Origin: an uncultured Methanosarcinales archaeon
GTDB lineage: Archaea > Nanobdellota > Nanobdellia > Woesearchaeales > GW2011-AR9
DNA length: 64,000 nt
Reading direction: 5' to 3'
NCBI GenBank assembly: GCA_964527395.1
Contig: CAZGQD010000003.1
Span: 29,124-93,123, forward strand
Below the pieces are notes generated by a model, which was given only the letters and a program-made list of their open reading frames with translations, was not told the DNA's origin and ran no database searches. A program made the translations under genes and the position numbers. The first letter of the stretch is position 1, and every line of letters starts with the position of its first letter. This document shows, piece after piece, positions 9,153 through 18,115 of the stretch.

Positions 9153-10289
9153 TTATTGAATTTGGTTTATTATATTTTTAATATCTTCTTTTGACATTTT
9201 TCGGGGATTGTTTTTTAAACGCTCTAAATTAATGTTGCTAATGATTAATTCTGAGCAATCATTTATGTTTAGTTTAGAAAGACTTGTTTCTAATTCTAAG
9301 TTTTGAATAAGATCTTTGATTTTTTTTGCAGCTTGAGTAGATGAATTTGTTCCTAGAATCTTTTGTAGCTCTAGAAATGTTTCTTTAACGTGATCTAGGC
9401 CTCTTGGATCATTAATGTCGTAGCCTTCTTTTGTTGTTTGTGAATTGAAAAGGAAAGTTGAGGGGAGTGTTAGAGCTACAGCATGACCGTGAGGTATGTT
9501 GAAGTAAGAAGTGAAAGTGTAAGAAATAGCATGACAAGCAGTGGTTTTTGAAATGTTAATTGCTTTTCCAGCCAAATTTGCAGCAATTTGAATCTTTTGT
9601 TTAGTTTCTGAATTGGGGTTTTGAAGATTTTTTACTCCGTATTCAAGGATTAGTTGCAATGCTTCTTTAGCATATTTCTTTGAAATTGGAGTTGAATTAA
9701 CACTCCAGTAAGATTCTAAAGCTTGGGAAAATGCATCCATAGTAGTTGAAGCAGTTATGTATTTAGGAAGACTATTTGTAAGGTTTGAGTCTAAAATGAC
9801 GTATTTAGGTAGCATACTTTGATGGGTTAGAGAATACTTTTGTTTGCTGATGTAGACTACTGCGAAATGAGTTGCTTCGCTTCCAGAACCAGCTGTAGTT
9901 GGAACTGCTATTATAGGGATTCCAGGATTGTTTATTTGCGATTTTTTGGTGATATAGTTTGCTATGTTTTCATTTTGGTCTTGTTTAACTATCAGTGCTA
10001 TAGATTTGGCCATATCTATGACACTACCACCGCCTATTGCAAGAATTATTTTTGAATTTGTTTTTTGGTAAAGTTCAAGTCCTTTTTGCACATCTTCAAT
10101 TTTGGGGTTTTTTGCGAAGTCTGAGAAGAATGTTTTGTTGATATCATTCGTAATTGCTTCTATTTTTTGTTTTGCGCCACTTTTTTCGTAAGAAGTTTTA
10201 CCTGTGACTATGAAGATGTTTTTGATATTATTTGAAGCTATGATCCCTTGAAGATCTTCTAATTTGTGGTATTCTTGCTGGCTATTCAT
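9153..10289 (-). CDS. phosphonoacetaldehyde reductase (iron-containing alcohol dehydrogenase family)
   Basis: GGGSVIDMAK, PTTAGSGSE, HAISY and PHGHAV; adjacent to aepY. Confidence 0.8.
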   Translation of the reverse strand: MNSQQEYHKLEDLQGIIASNNIKNIFIVTGKTSYEKSGAKQKIEAITNDINKTFFSDFAKNPKIEDVQKGLELYQKTNSKIILAIGGGSVIDMAKSIALIVKQDQNENIANYITKKSQINNPGIPIIAVPTTAGSGSEATHFAVVYISKQKYSLTHQSMLPKYVILDSNLTNSLPKYITASTTMDAFSQALESYWSVNSTPISKKYAKEALQLILEYGVKNLQNPNSETKQKIQIAANLAGKAINISKTTACHAISYTFTSYFNIPHGHAVALTLPSTFLFNSQTTKEGYDINDPRGLDHVKETFLELQKILGTNSSTQAAKKIKDLIQNLELETSLSKLNINDCSELIISNINLERLKNNPRKMSKEDIKNIINQIQ

Positions 10290-10395
10290 GATGTAAGGAG
10301 TAAAATTGTTTTTTTATAAGTTTTTTTAATGAATAATTAAGGATTTTGATTTAGAAGTTAATAAAAATAATAAAAAAAGTGGTTTAGTTAGTTTC

Positions 10396-11709
10396 TTATA
10401 GGTTCTTTTCGGTTAGGATTTGGATGCTTGTTTTGCCACCAGTTGTATCCTTACCAGCAATTAAGTAACTAACCTTTAATTTTTCAGCTGTTTTTGCTAG
10501 TTCTAAATTAACTTCGCCATCAAGAACAATTGCGTGGATTCCTCCTCCAAGGCTTTTAATGGTGGAATTTAGCTCTGTTAGAGGTACTTTACCTAGAATT
10601 GATAGTTTGCCATCAAAGATGCATGCGCCTCTAGTTCCGAAAAGGTCTTCCAAAGTTTCTTTGAATTTCTTTTTCTCACTGTCAGCTAGAGCTTTTGTAG
10701 GAGTTCTAGCTGCGGGAGTGTCTCTTGGAGATGATCTTTGGTTTGATCTCATAGGTTTTTTGTTCCGATCATTGTTCCTATTTCGATCGTTTCTATCATT
10801 TCTTTTGTTATCGCTTCGTTTGATAACTTTTTGTTTTAATTTGATATCTTGGTTGATCAATTCTCCAGTTTCAGTGATACCCAGGTCTAATCTAGCTTGC
10901 TCGGCTGTGATTTTTCCTCTCAAAGCTTTGTGGATTTCTTTTTTAGTTAGTTCTTCCACTTCTTTTCCATCAGGAGCACGGCAGACGAAGTCAACTTCAG
11001 CTACAGTAACTAATTCTCTGATGTTTAGGTTTCCACCACGGTCACCATCAACAAAAACAGTCATTGATTTCTTTTTAGATAATTCAATTAATGTTTTTGG
11101 AACTGAACTACCTTCCATGGAAATAGCGTTCTTGAAACCGTGCTTTAAAAGGATTAGAACATCAGCTCTACCTTCAACAACGATTACATCTTCACTATCT
11201 TCAATAGCCGGGCCACAAGGTAATTTGTCTTTACCATATTTTTTGATCTCATTCATTCTTACTGATTGTGCAACTTCTTGACTAATTTCTTGAGAGTCAG
11301 GAAGAGTGTGTTCAGTTAAGTTTTGTAAAAGCTCTTTAGCTCTTTTAATTACGTAGAGTCTTTTACTAATTCTGATATCTTCAATGGATTCAACCTTTAA
11401 CTTAGCGTTACAAGGCCCAATTCTTTGAATGATTTCTAGAGCAGCTCCAATAATTGCTGTTTCAGTTTTGTCTAAACTACTTGGAATAACAATTTCCCCA
11501 GTGGTTTTTCCACCAGTTGTAGATAAGTTTACTTCGATTCGACCAACTTTACCTGATCTTTGAAGTTCTCTTAGTTCTAGGTCACTTCCTAGTAATCCTT
11601 CAGTTTGTCCGAAAACAGCACCAATTACGTCTGGTCTGTCTACAATTCCATCAATTTTTATTGAAGTATGAACAATATATTTTGCTGCTACTTGGCTAAT
11701 TTTTGCCAT
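10396..11709 (-). CDS. dnaG: archaeal DnaG (TOPRIM, exosome-associated primase-like protein)
   Basis: DVIGAVFGQTEGLLG, VVEGRADV and FVDGDRGG. Confidence 0.95.
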   Translation of the reverse strand: MAKISQVAAKYIVHTSIKIDGIVDRPDVIGAVFGQTEGLLGSDLELRELQRSGKVGRIEVNLSTTGGKTTGEIVIPSSLDKTETAIIGAALEIIQRIGPCNAKLKVESIEDIRISKRLYVIKRAKELLQNLTEHTLPDSQEISQEVAQSVRMNEIKKYGKDKLPCGPAIEDSEDVIVVEGRADVLILLKHGFKNAISMEGSSVPKTLIELSKKKSMTVFVDGDRGGNLNIRELVTVAEVDFVCRAPDGKEVEELTKKEIHKALRGKITAEQARLDLGITETGELINQDIKLKQKVIKRSDNKRNDRNDRNRNNDRNKKPMRSNQRSSPRDTPAARTPTKALADSEKKKFKETLEDLFGTRGACIFDGKLSILGKVPLTELNSTIKSLGGGIHAIVLDGEVNLELAKTAEKLKVSYLIAGKDTTGGKTSIQILTEKNL

Positions 11710-11764
11710 TTTTATTTCACCTTTTGTGTGTTTAATACAAAGTTTATGTTTATTTTTTTCTTTG

Positions 11765-11826
11765 TATGTACTCGTCCGTAAATATTTATTAATACTTGGT
11801 TACGGATTCGAGACACAGTTCCGTAA
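11765..11826 (-). repeat. dispersed TCCGTAA/TTACGGA hairpin motif, copy 1
   Basis: ACTTGGTTACGGATTCGAGACACAGTTCCGTAA is identical to the copy near 33956-33988. Confidence 0.75.
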
Positions 11827-12279
11827 ACGAAACTGCGTGTTTAGAACGCAGTAATAGAATTAGCTCTTACAAAAGCAATAGTTTTGCAATTGTAGTTATA
11901 GTACTAGTCTACTTTCATTGCCAGGTGGTTTTTAGTAGATGTTTAGGTTTGTCAGGTCCTAAGTTGTAATACTTAAATGAGTTAATTGATTATTACTATT
12001 CGTTCAGGTATTGAACTTTGTTTTTTAATTCAATACCGGTTTTGCGATTATCGCAGTGAAGTTGTCAATTTCACTTTCTTACTTTAATGTTTTTAGAAAT
12101 CACTATCATCCTTGCTGCTACAATATCTGGTAGCTTGCAAGCTAAATACTTTTTTTACAAATTAAATGATGAATGTGATTTCTGATATTTGATTGTAATA
12201 CTTAGTTACTGGGTTAGGTACGGGTTTGGGGTTTATAAATGTTGTGTTTGGCTTGGTTTTAGGGTGTTTTTAGTGTGTA

Positions 12280-12480
12280 AAGTAGGTAAAATGATGGTCT
12301 ATTTGGTTTGAATCGGTTAAAATGAGTTTTATTTCGCTTGAATCGGGAGAAACAAGCTTCTTTTGCCGTTTAGAGGTTAAAATGGACTTATTTTCTGTTT
12401 TAACGGCTAAAATGCTCTTTATTTGGCAAATGGAGGTCAAAATGGAGGTATTTTGGCAAAAGAAGGTAAAAATTGTCTTT
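12280..12480. repeat. degenerate ~30-bp periodic A/T-tract repeat
   Basis: GGT(T/C)AAAATG-like units recur at about 30-bp spacing. Confidence 0.45.
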
Positions 12481-12706
12481 AAATTGAGTTTAATAACAAT
12501 AAGTTTTACTTAAAATTCTTTGAAATTTTGATGAAGAGAAAAGGACCTCAGAAGGCCACAAGGGCCAACTGAGGAAAGAGGTGGTTTTGAGGTGTTTTGA
12601 TACTACTGTAAAATAGTGTTTACTTTATAAATGTTTGGGTCTTTTTGTTACTTATTAGTAGTTTTCTTGGAAAATGCTTATAAATATGAGTTGTTTTGAG
12701 AGAAAA

Positions 12707-13795
12707 ATGGCAAAAGTGATGGTTCTTACTGATCAAACAACAGGAAGGCGAGTTGTAGTTAGAGGTAACACTCAAATTGGAAGACTCTCTTTTCATGAAA
12801 GAGGAATGTGGAAGGTAAGGGGAAGAAATAAACCTAAAGTTTTTGATAGTTTAGATACTTTAGTTTGTGTTTCTGAAGTAAATAAAGTAGTTTCTAGAAA
12901 TCATGCTGCTTTAATCCAGGGAGTTGATGGAGAATTTCATATTGAAGATATGAATAGTAAGCATGGAACTTATGTAAATGGGGATAATATAAACCCAAGT
13001 AAAAGTGATTCAAGGAGTGTATTATTAAGAGAAAGGGATGCTCTTCAGATTGGAAGAAGAACTCGTGGAATTGATGATTGTTTTTTGAATTTTGAAATTT
13101 CTTATCAAGAGTCTGAAAATTATGCATTGCTTGTTGGTACTGGGTCTGATAATTTAGGGGCTGCGCAAAGAGGTTTAGATTCTTTGGAAAGAGTTCTTAG
13201 GAGAAGAGGGTATGTTGTTAGGGTTTTACCTGAAGAAGAAGCAAGCAAATCTAGATTAAGAGAAGAATTAAGAAATATTGCAAATATGTCTATTGCAGAA
13301 TCACATAATATTATTTCAATTTATGGGCATGGAAGCCATAATGGTTTTATGTTGGGTGGACAAGTAATGAATGCAAGAGAATTTTATAAAGAAGTAGGGA
13401 GGATTGCTGGGAAAAAAGCAGCTTTATTGGAGTTTTGTTATTCAGGATCTTTTGTAAGGGGAAGAAATTTAGGGAGGATTCCTGATGGTACTTTAGTTTT
13501 GACAGCATCTAATGCATTTAGTGAAGCAAATGAGACAGAAGATTATGTTGAAGGTCAAGAAGAATTAAGATCAGAATACATAGGTAGATTGGCTAAACAG
13601 TTTGCAGGATATTTGGAAAGAAACCCAGGGCAAATTAATTTGAGGGAATTTTATGATCAATTGAGTGTAGTTTTAGGTGCTAGGAATTTGATGTTGCAAG
13701 GACCTCAGATAGAAGGAGATTTTTACGAGATTCCTGCGGTGAATGAAGGGTTTCATACAGTTATTCTTGATGTTGATCAAATTGAGAATTACTAG
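12707..13795 (+). CDS. FHA domain plus caspase-like (C14-type) peptidase
   Basis: FHA motifs GR, SRNHA and DMNSKHGTYVNG; then YALLVG, YGHG (His) and EFCYSG (Cys). Confidence 0.75.
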   Translation: MAKVMVLTDQTTGRRVVVRGNTQIGRLSFHERGMWKVRGRNKPKVFDSLDTLVCVSEVNKVVSRNHAALIQGVDGEFHIEDMNSKHGTYVNGDNINPSKSDSRSVLLRERDALQIGRRTRGIDDCFLNFEISYQESENYALLVGTGSDNLGAAQRGLDSLERVLRRRGYVVRVLPEEEASKSRLREELRNIANMSIAESHNIISIYGHGSHNGFMLGGQVMNAREFYKEVGRIAGKKAALLEFCYSGSFVRGRNLGRIPDGTLVLTASNAFSEANETEDYVEGQEELRSEYIGRLAKQFAGYLERNPGQINLREFYDQLSVVLGARNLMLQGPQIEGDFYEIPAVNEGFHTVILDVDQIENY

Positions 13796-13828
13796 TTTTT
13801 ATGCTGGTTTTTTGAGAAGTTCTTTGGT

Positions 13829-13978
13829 TGCGCAATTTGCTCGTTTTGTTTTGTTTTTCTGCGCAATTTTCCCAGTTGATTCTATTTTGCTTGTTTTTGT
13901 CTGATTTTGTGCTTAAATTTCTTGTTTTTTGGCTGCGCAATTTTCCCGTTTGTTTTTATTTTAGTGCGCAATTTTCCC
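13829..13978 (+). promoter_or_regulatory. four TGCGCAATTT(T/G)C(C/T)C boxes
   Basis: Copies start at 13829, 13860, 13934 and 13965, just upstream of a TATA-like TTTTAAAA. Confidence 0.6.
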
Positions 13979-14013
13979 AAAGTTTTAAAAAAGAGGGTTT
14001 CTTTTATGGTGTT

Positions 14014-15081
14014 ATGAAGAAAATTGATCTTAAAAAGTTCTCTAAATCTAAGACAGATTGGGCTGGAAAAGTACTTTGTGATTCTAGTAGGTCGGAAGAG
14101 GATAAAAATGTTGCCTTAGAGATTCTTAGCAATTGGAGGGCTGCACATAGTTATCCTATGCATATTTTTACTAATCGGTTACGTAGAATTTCAGGGAGTT
14201 TGGATTCAGGGGCTTTAGTAGCTCAGAGGCTTAAAAGAGTTCCATCGATAATTAAGAAACTTAAGCGTAGTTATGGTGGCAAAAAGGCTAGTATGAAACT
14301 TAGTCAGATGCAAGATATTGCAGGATGTAGGGTAGTTATGTCAGATATAGATTTAGTTAGGAAGATTTATTCTGAGTATTATGTTAATGGGGATTTGAAG
14401 CATGAAAAAGTTAATGAGAAGAATTACATCTTGAACCCTAAAAGTGATGGATATCGAAGCATACATTTGATTTATAGATTTTTTAGTGACAAAGGTAAGG
14501 CAGATTATAATGGGCTTCTTGTTGAAGTGCAAATACGTTCTAAATTACAGCATTTGTGGGCTACAGCTGTTGAAACTGTTGATTTTTTTACTAGGCAAGC
14601 AATTAAATCTAATCAAGGGCAAAAGGATTGGGCGGATTTTTTTAGATTGGTTAGTTCTGCGTTTGCTCTGTTTGAGGGATGTAGCTCTGTTCCTGGAGTT
14701 CCTATTCGGGAGAAAGAGTTGTATGCTATGATTTTTAAAATGGAAAAAGAATTGCAAGTTCGTCGTAAGATGAAGAGTTGGATGGAATCTATAGAAGTCT
14801 TAGATGAGATGAAGAGTAAATATGGTAGTTCTTACTTTTTATTGGAGCTTGATACTGTTCGAGGAAAATTGATAGTTACTGGTTATTCAAAAAAGCAGGA
14901 GAAAAGAGCTCTTAGAGAATATTCTGAAGTTGAGAAGAGAATATATGGCAGGCCTGAGTATGATGTGGTTTTAGTTGGAGCAGATACAAGTGAAGATTTG
15001 AAGAAAGTGTATCCTAACTATTTTTTAGATACTCGAGATTTTATTAGGTACTTGAATCTTATTTTGAAGAAGGTTAAATAG
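14014..15081 (+). CDS. RelA/SpoT-domain (small alarmone synthetase-like) protein
   Basis: RLKRVPSIIKKL, QDIAGCRVV, GYRSIHL and EVQIRSKLQHLWA. Confidence 0.85.
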   Translation: MKKIDLKKFSKSKTDWAGKVLCDSSRSEEDKNVALEILSNWRAAHSYPMHIFTNRLRRISGSLDSGALVAQRLKRVPSIIKKLKRSYGGKKASMKLSQMQDIAGCRVVMSDIDLVRKIYSEYYVNGDLKHEKVNEKNYILNPKSDGYRSIHLIYRFFSDKGKADYNGLLVEVQIRSKLQHLWATAVETVDFFTRQAIKSNQGQKDWADFFRLVSSAFALFEGCSSVPGVPIREKELYAMIFKMEKELQVRRKMKSWMESIEVLDEMKSKYGSSYFLLELDTVRGKLIVTGYSKKQEKRALREYSEVEKRIYGRPEYDVVLVGADTSEDLKKVYPNYFLDTRDFIRYLNLILKKVK

Positions 15082-15088
15082 CTGTTGT

Positions 15089-15322
15089 TTAAGATCCAAG
15101 AGAGATTTTTAGGGGTAATTTTAGGTTAATTTCTGCTTTTTTTGCGGTTCTTTTTTTGAAACCTAAGATGCCAAATCCGACGGTTTCACCAGTTTCTTCA
15201 TCTATTCTTTCAAAGATTCCTTCTTTAATGTCTTTGACGTAACTTTTTGGGAAGTTTCCTAGATTAATCTCTAGAAAATCTCCTTCTTGATCATAATAGA
15301 TGTGTAAATTACCTTTCATCAT
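15089..15322 (-). CDS. DUF2283-like putative antitoxin
   Basis: YYDQEGDFLEI...ETGETVGFGI; overlaps the stop of the upstream gene. Confidence 0.7.
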   Translation of the reverse strand: MMKGNLHIYYDQEGDFLEINLGNFPKSYVKDIKEGIFERIDEETGETVGFGILGFKKRTAKKAEINLKLPLKISLGS

Positions 15323-15654
15323 TGTATTCTCCTCACAAAATGTACTGTAATTATGAAGCCATGTCCATTTAAGTACTTTACTATGACTTTTAGGTATTTT
15401 GCTTTTGATTGTCTATGCTTATAGTAACGATAATATGAATGAACTTGGTGGTCAAAAGAGTAATTTGTGATTTTTATTGGCTCTTTTAGAGTTTCTTTGA
15501 TAAATTCAAGATTATGTTGGACTTCAGGGTGCAAGGAAAGCATAGCTTTCCTGCACAGGAAATTATTAATTTCCTTGTGTTTTGATAGATGATTCCAACG
15601 TTCTTTTGTTAAGCGAATGAATCTTTTTGATTTGTCAATGATTTTGAATATCAT
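15319..15654 (-). CDS. putative RNase toxin (RelE/DUF4258-like) with a 16-aa insertion
   Basis: IRLTKERWNH...HPE and YLKVIVKY...GFIITVH; paired with DUF2283. Confidence 0.65.
   Translation of the reverse strand: MIFKIIDKSKRFIRLTKERWNHLSKHKEINNFLCRKAMLSLHPEVQHNLEFIKETLKEPIKITNYSFDHQVHSYYRYYKHRQSKAKYLKVIVKYLNGHGFIITVHFVRRIQ
15532..15579. mobile_element. 48-nt twin-hairpin micro-insertion D1 (in frame in the toxin gene)
   Basis: Coding strand CACA-AGGAAATT.AAT.AATTTCCT-GTGC-AGGAAAGC.TAT.GCTTTCCT-TG. Confidence 0.85.
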
Positions 15655-15728
15655 GAAAGATAATTTTGGAAGAAGTTATTAATGAATAAAGTGGTTCTGG
15701 ATTATTTATATTATAAAATTTTATTAGG

Positions 15729-15776
15729 TACAAGAAAATTAACAATTTTCTGTACTGAAAATCTTAGATTTTCATG
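15729..15776. mobile_element. 48-nt twin-hairpin micro-insertion D4
   Basis: TACA-AGAAAATT.AAC.AATTTTCT-GTAC-TGAAAATC.TTA.GATTTTCA-TG; the empty site is at 15038-15075. Confidence 0.9.
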
Positions 15777-15848
15777 TACTTGAATCTTATTTTGAAGAAG
15801 GTTTAGCCTAAAGTTTTATTATAGAGCTTTGTTTTTCTTTAGTTAATC

Positions 15849-16565
15849 ATGGTTACACTTACATATCAAGAACGGTTCAAAACAGCTAAAGGAGTCTTTG
15901 ATGCTTTTACTAAAAGAAATTTGTTTGAGTTATCACAGCGAGGTTTTTTTGATGAAATTATTTCGCCACTTAAGGTAGGAAAGGAAAGTAATGTGTTTTT
16001 GGCTAGTTCTGGGAAAGGTTTTTTGATAATTAAGATCTATCGTGTACAGAATGCTGATTTTAAAGGGATGTATAAGTATATTAGTTTAGATCCTAGGTAT
16101 GAGAAGTTGAAGAAGAGGAGGCGTGAAATTATATTTTCTTGGGTGCGACGTGAGTATCAGAATCTGTTTGTGGCTAAGAAAAATGGAGTTAGAGTTCCGA
16201 AAGTGTATACAGTGAAGCATAACGTTCTTGTTTTAGATATTGTGGGGAAGAAAAAATCTGGAGAAGTTGCCTTGCCTTTGAAGGATACTGTTCCAGTTGA
16301 TCCTGAGAAGTTTTTAGATGGAATTTTGTTTCAAGTACGTAAATTGTGGAAGAAAGCTGGGTTGGTGCATGGAGATTTGTCATCTTTTAATATTTTGAAT
16401 GATAATGAGAAGCCTGTTTTGATTGATTTTTCGCAGTCGACGCTGGTGAAGTCTTCTAACGCTGATGAGTTGTTACGTAGGGATTTGAAGAATGTTCTTG
16501 GGTGGTTTAGGAAGTTAGGGGTTGTTAGGGATTTGGATGAAGTGTATGCCAAGATTGTTAAGTGA
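15849..16565 (+). CDS. rio1: RIO1-family Ser/Thr kinase
   Basis: GKESNVF, IKIYR, HGDLSSFNIL and IDFSQ. Confidence 0.92.
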   Translation: MVTLTYQERFKTAKGVFDAFTKRNLFELSQRGFFDEIISPLKVGKESNVFLASSGKGFLIIKIYRVQNADFKGMYKYISLDPRYEKLKKRRREIIFSWVRREYQNLFVAKKNGVRVPKVYTVKHNVLVLDIVGKKKSGEVALPLKDTVPVDPEKFLDGILFQVRKLWKKAGLVHGDLSSFNILNDNEKPVLIDFSQSTLVKSSNADELLRRDLKNVLGWFRKLGVVRDLDEVYAKIVK

Positions 16566-16607
16566 ATAGTGGGAAGTTTATTATAGATTAGTTTCTTTGT
16601 TTTTTCT

Positions 16608-16994
16608 ATGTCAGAATTATATCAGTTGTTAGAACAAGCTTATGAATTAGTTTCTAATGTAGATGGACCTAGTTATGTATTGGGGCTTGCTTCAGCTACA
16701 GGGCTTTTTGGTATTGCAGCAGGTGTTGGAAGATGGAGAGATCATGTAGTTCAAAGAGAGTTTAGGAATAAGTCTGCTGCAAGAAAGAAGGCTCTTGATG
16801 ATCTGGTAAAAGAACGTAGTCCTCCTGATTTGAGTGATTATGTTGGGCAGTGGGTGATTATAAGTCCAAATATGGAAGTTATTGGACATGGAGAACATAG
16901 AGAAGCAATGACTATGGCTGAAAAAACAGGATACGATTTAGGGAATTGTGTGATGTTTGGTGTGGATGAGCCTGCTGATGTTTATATTGGGTGA
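16608..16994 (+). CDS. hypothetical membrane-anchored protein
   Basis: One TM segment; C-terminal YVGQWVII...VIGHG resembles DUF5678. Confidence 0.5.
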   Translation: MSELYQLLEQAYELVSNVDGPSYVLGLASATGLFGIAAGVGRWRDHVVQREFRNKSAARKKALDDLVKERSPPDLSDYVGQWVIISPNMEVIGHGEHREAMTMAEKTGYDLGNCVMFGVDEPADVYIG

Positions 16995-17077
16995 GGGAGT
17001 TATAATTTATCTTAGATATGATAATTTTTTTCTTTTATGAGTATACTTTTTAAAGTAGAGTTGTTCTTAGGTGCTTT

Positions 17078-17683
17078 ATGGAAGAAAACAAGGTTGAAAC
17101 TGCTCTTGAGTCTATGGAAGTTGAACAAGTAGAAGAATCTAATGATTTAGATATGATGCATGAGGAGCTGAAGATTCCAAAAGATCGAGTTGCAGTATTG
17201 ATTGGGTCTAGTGGGAAGACTAAATTGGATCTAGAAGTTAAAAGTGGATGTAAAATTGATGTGGAGTCTGCTAGTGGGCTTGTGGATATCTCAGGTAGTG
17301 ATCCAATTAAATTATTTGATTGTAAAGATATTGTTTTAGCTGTTGGGCGTGGGTTTAACCCTAAAGTTGCACTTAAATTGTTATTGGAAACACATTCTTT
17401 GGAAGTTATTCGTCTGCGTGACATTGTGGGAAGTAATCAAAAACAAATGGAGCGGATTAAAAGTAGAGTGATTGGTCGGGCTGGAAAGGTTCGAGGGGAA
17501 CTTGAGAGGCTAACTAAATGTGACATTGCGGTTTATGGGAAAACAGTATCTATTATTGGAGATAGTATGGATGTAGCACTTTGTCATAGAGCAATTGAGA
17601 TGCTACTTAAAGGAGCTATGCATAAGACTGTTTATACCTTTTTAGAGAAGCAGGTTAGGCAGGCTGAATTGGCTGGTGTTTAG
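17078..17683 (+). CDS. KH-domain rRNA-processing protein (Dim2/Pno1-like)
   Basis: RVAVLIGSSG, AVGRGF and RVIGRAGK; downstream of rio1. Confidence 0.9.
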   Translation: MEENKVETALESMEVEQVEESNDLDMMHEELKIPKDRVAVLIGSSGKTKLDLEVKSGCKIDVESASGLVDISGSDPIKLFDCKDIVLAVGRGFNPKVALKLLLETHSLEVIRLRDIVGSNQKQMERIKSRVIGRAGKVRGELERLTKCDIAVYGKTVSIIGDSMDVALCHRAIEMLLKGAMHKTVYTFLEKQVRQAELAGV

Positions 17684-17729
17684 ATTTTGTCAGAGTGTTT
17701 ATATAGTTCTTTTCTTGTTTATTTAGTTT

Positions 17730-18026
17730 ATGGTAAATGATTTGAAAGCGTTGGTTACTAGGTTAGGTGATGAGATAGTAGCAAGTGGAAGAATGACAAG
17801 AGCAGAATTAAATGCTAGGCATGAAGCTCATTGTAGAAGGCTTCCTCCAGCAGATCCTAATTGTCTAATTGATATGTATGGTGGAGCTTGGAGTAGATAT
17901 GAACGTTTAGGAGATAGATTTGGTGGCTTGTCAGATGAATCTCTTGAAAGAGTTGCTAGAGGAGATGGGCTTATAAGCGGATTTTATAATGGGCTGAAAA
18001 GAGAAGAAGTTAATAATTATTCTTAG
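17730..18026 (+). CDS. hypothetical protein
   Basis: ORF with an upstream TTTATATA box. Confidence 0.5.
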   Translation: MVNDLKALVTRLGDEIVASGRMTRAELNARHEAHCRRLPPADPNCLIDMYGGAWSRYERLGDRFGGLSDESLERVARGDGLISGFYNGLKREEVNNYS

Positions 18027-18115
18027 TTTGGTATGATTTAGGGTGTTTTTTGTTTGGGAAGTTCTTAAAACTAAGCGGAATCTTTTTATACGAGTTCTTT
18101 TGAATTTTAGTTGAT

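Noticed and set aside
10559..11281. 240-aa plus-strand ORF and similar antisense ORFs
   Set aside because: Shadow frames of well-supported genes (dnaG, top6B, secD/F and others).
13829..13978. Mini-CRISPR from the TGCGCAATTTTCCC repeats
   Set aside because: Repeats are only 14 bp and unevenly spaced.
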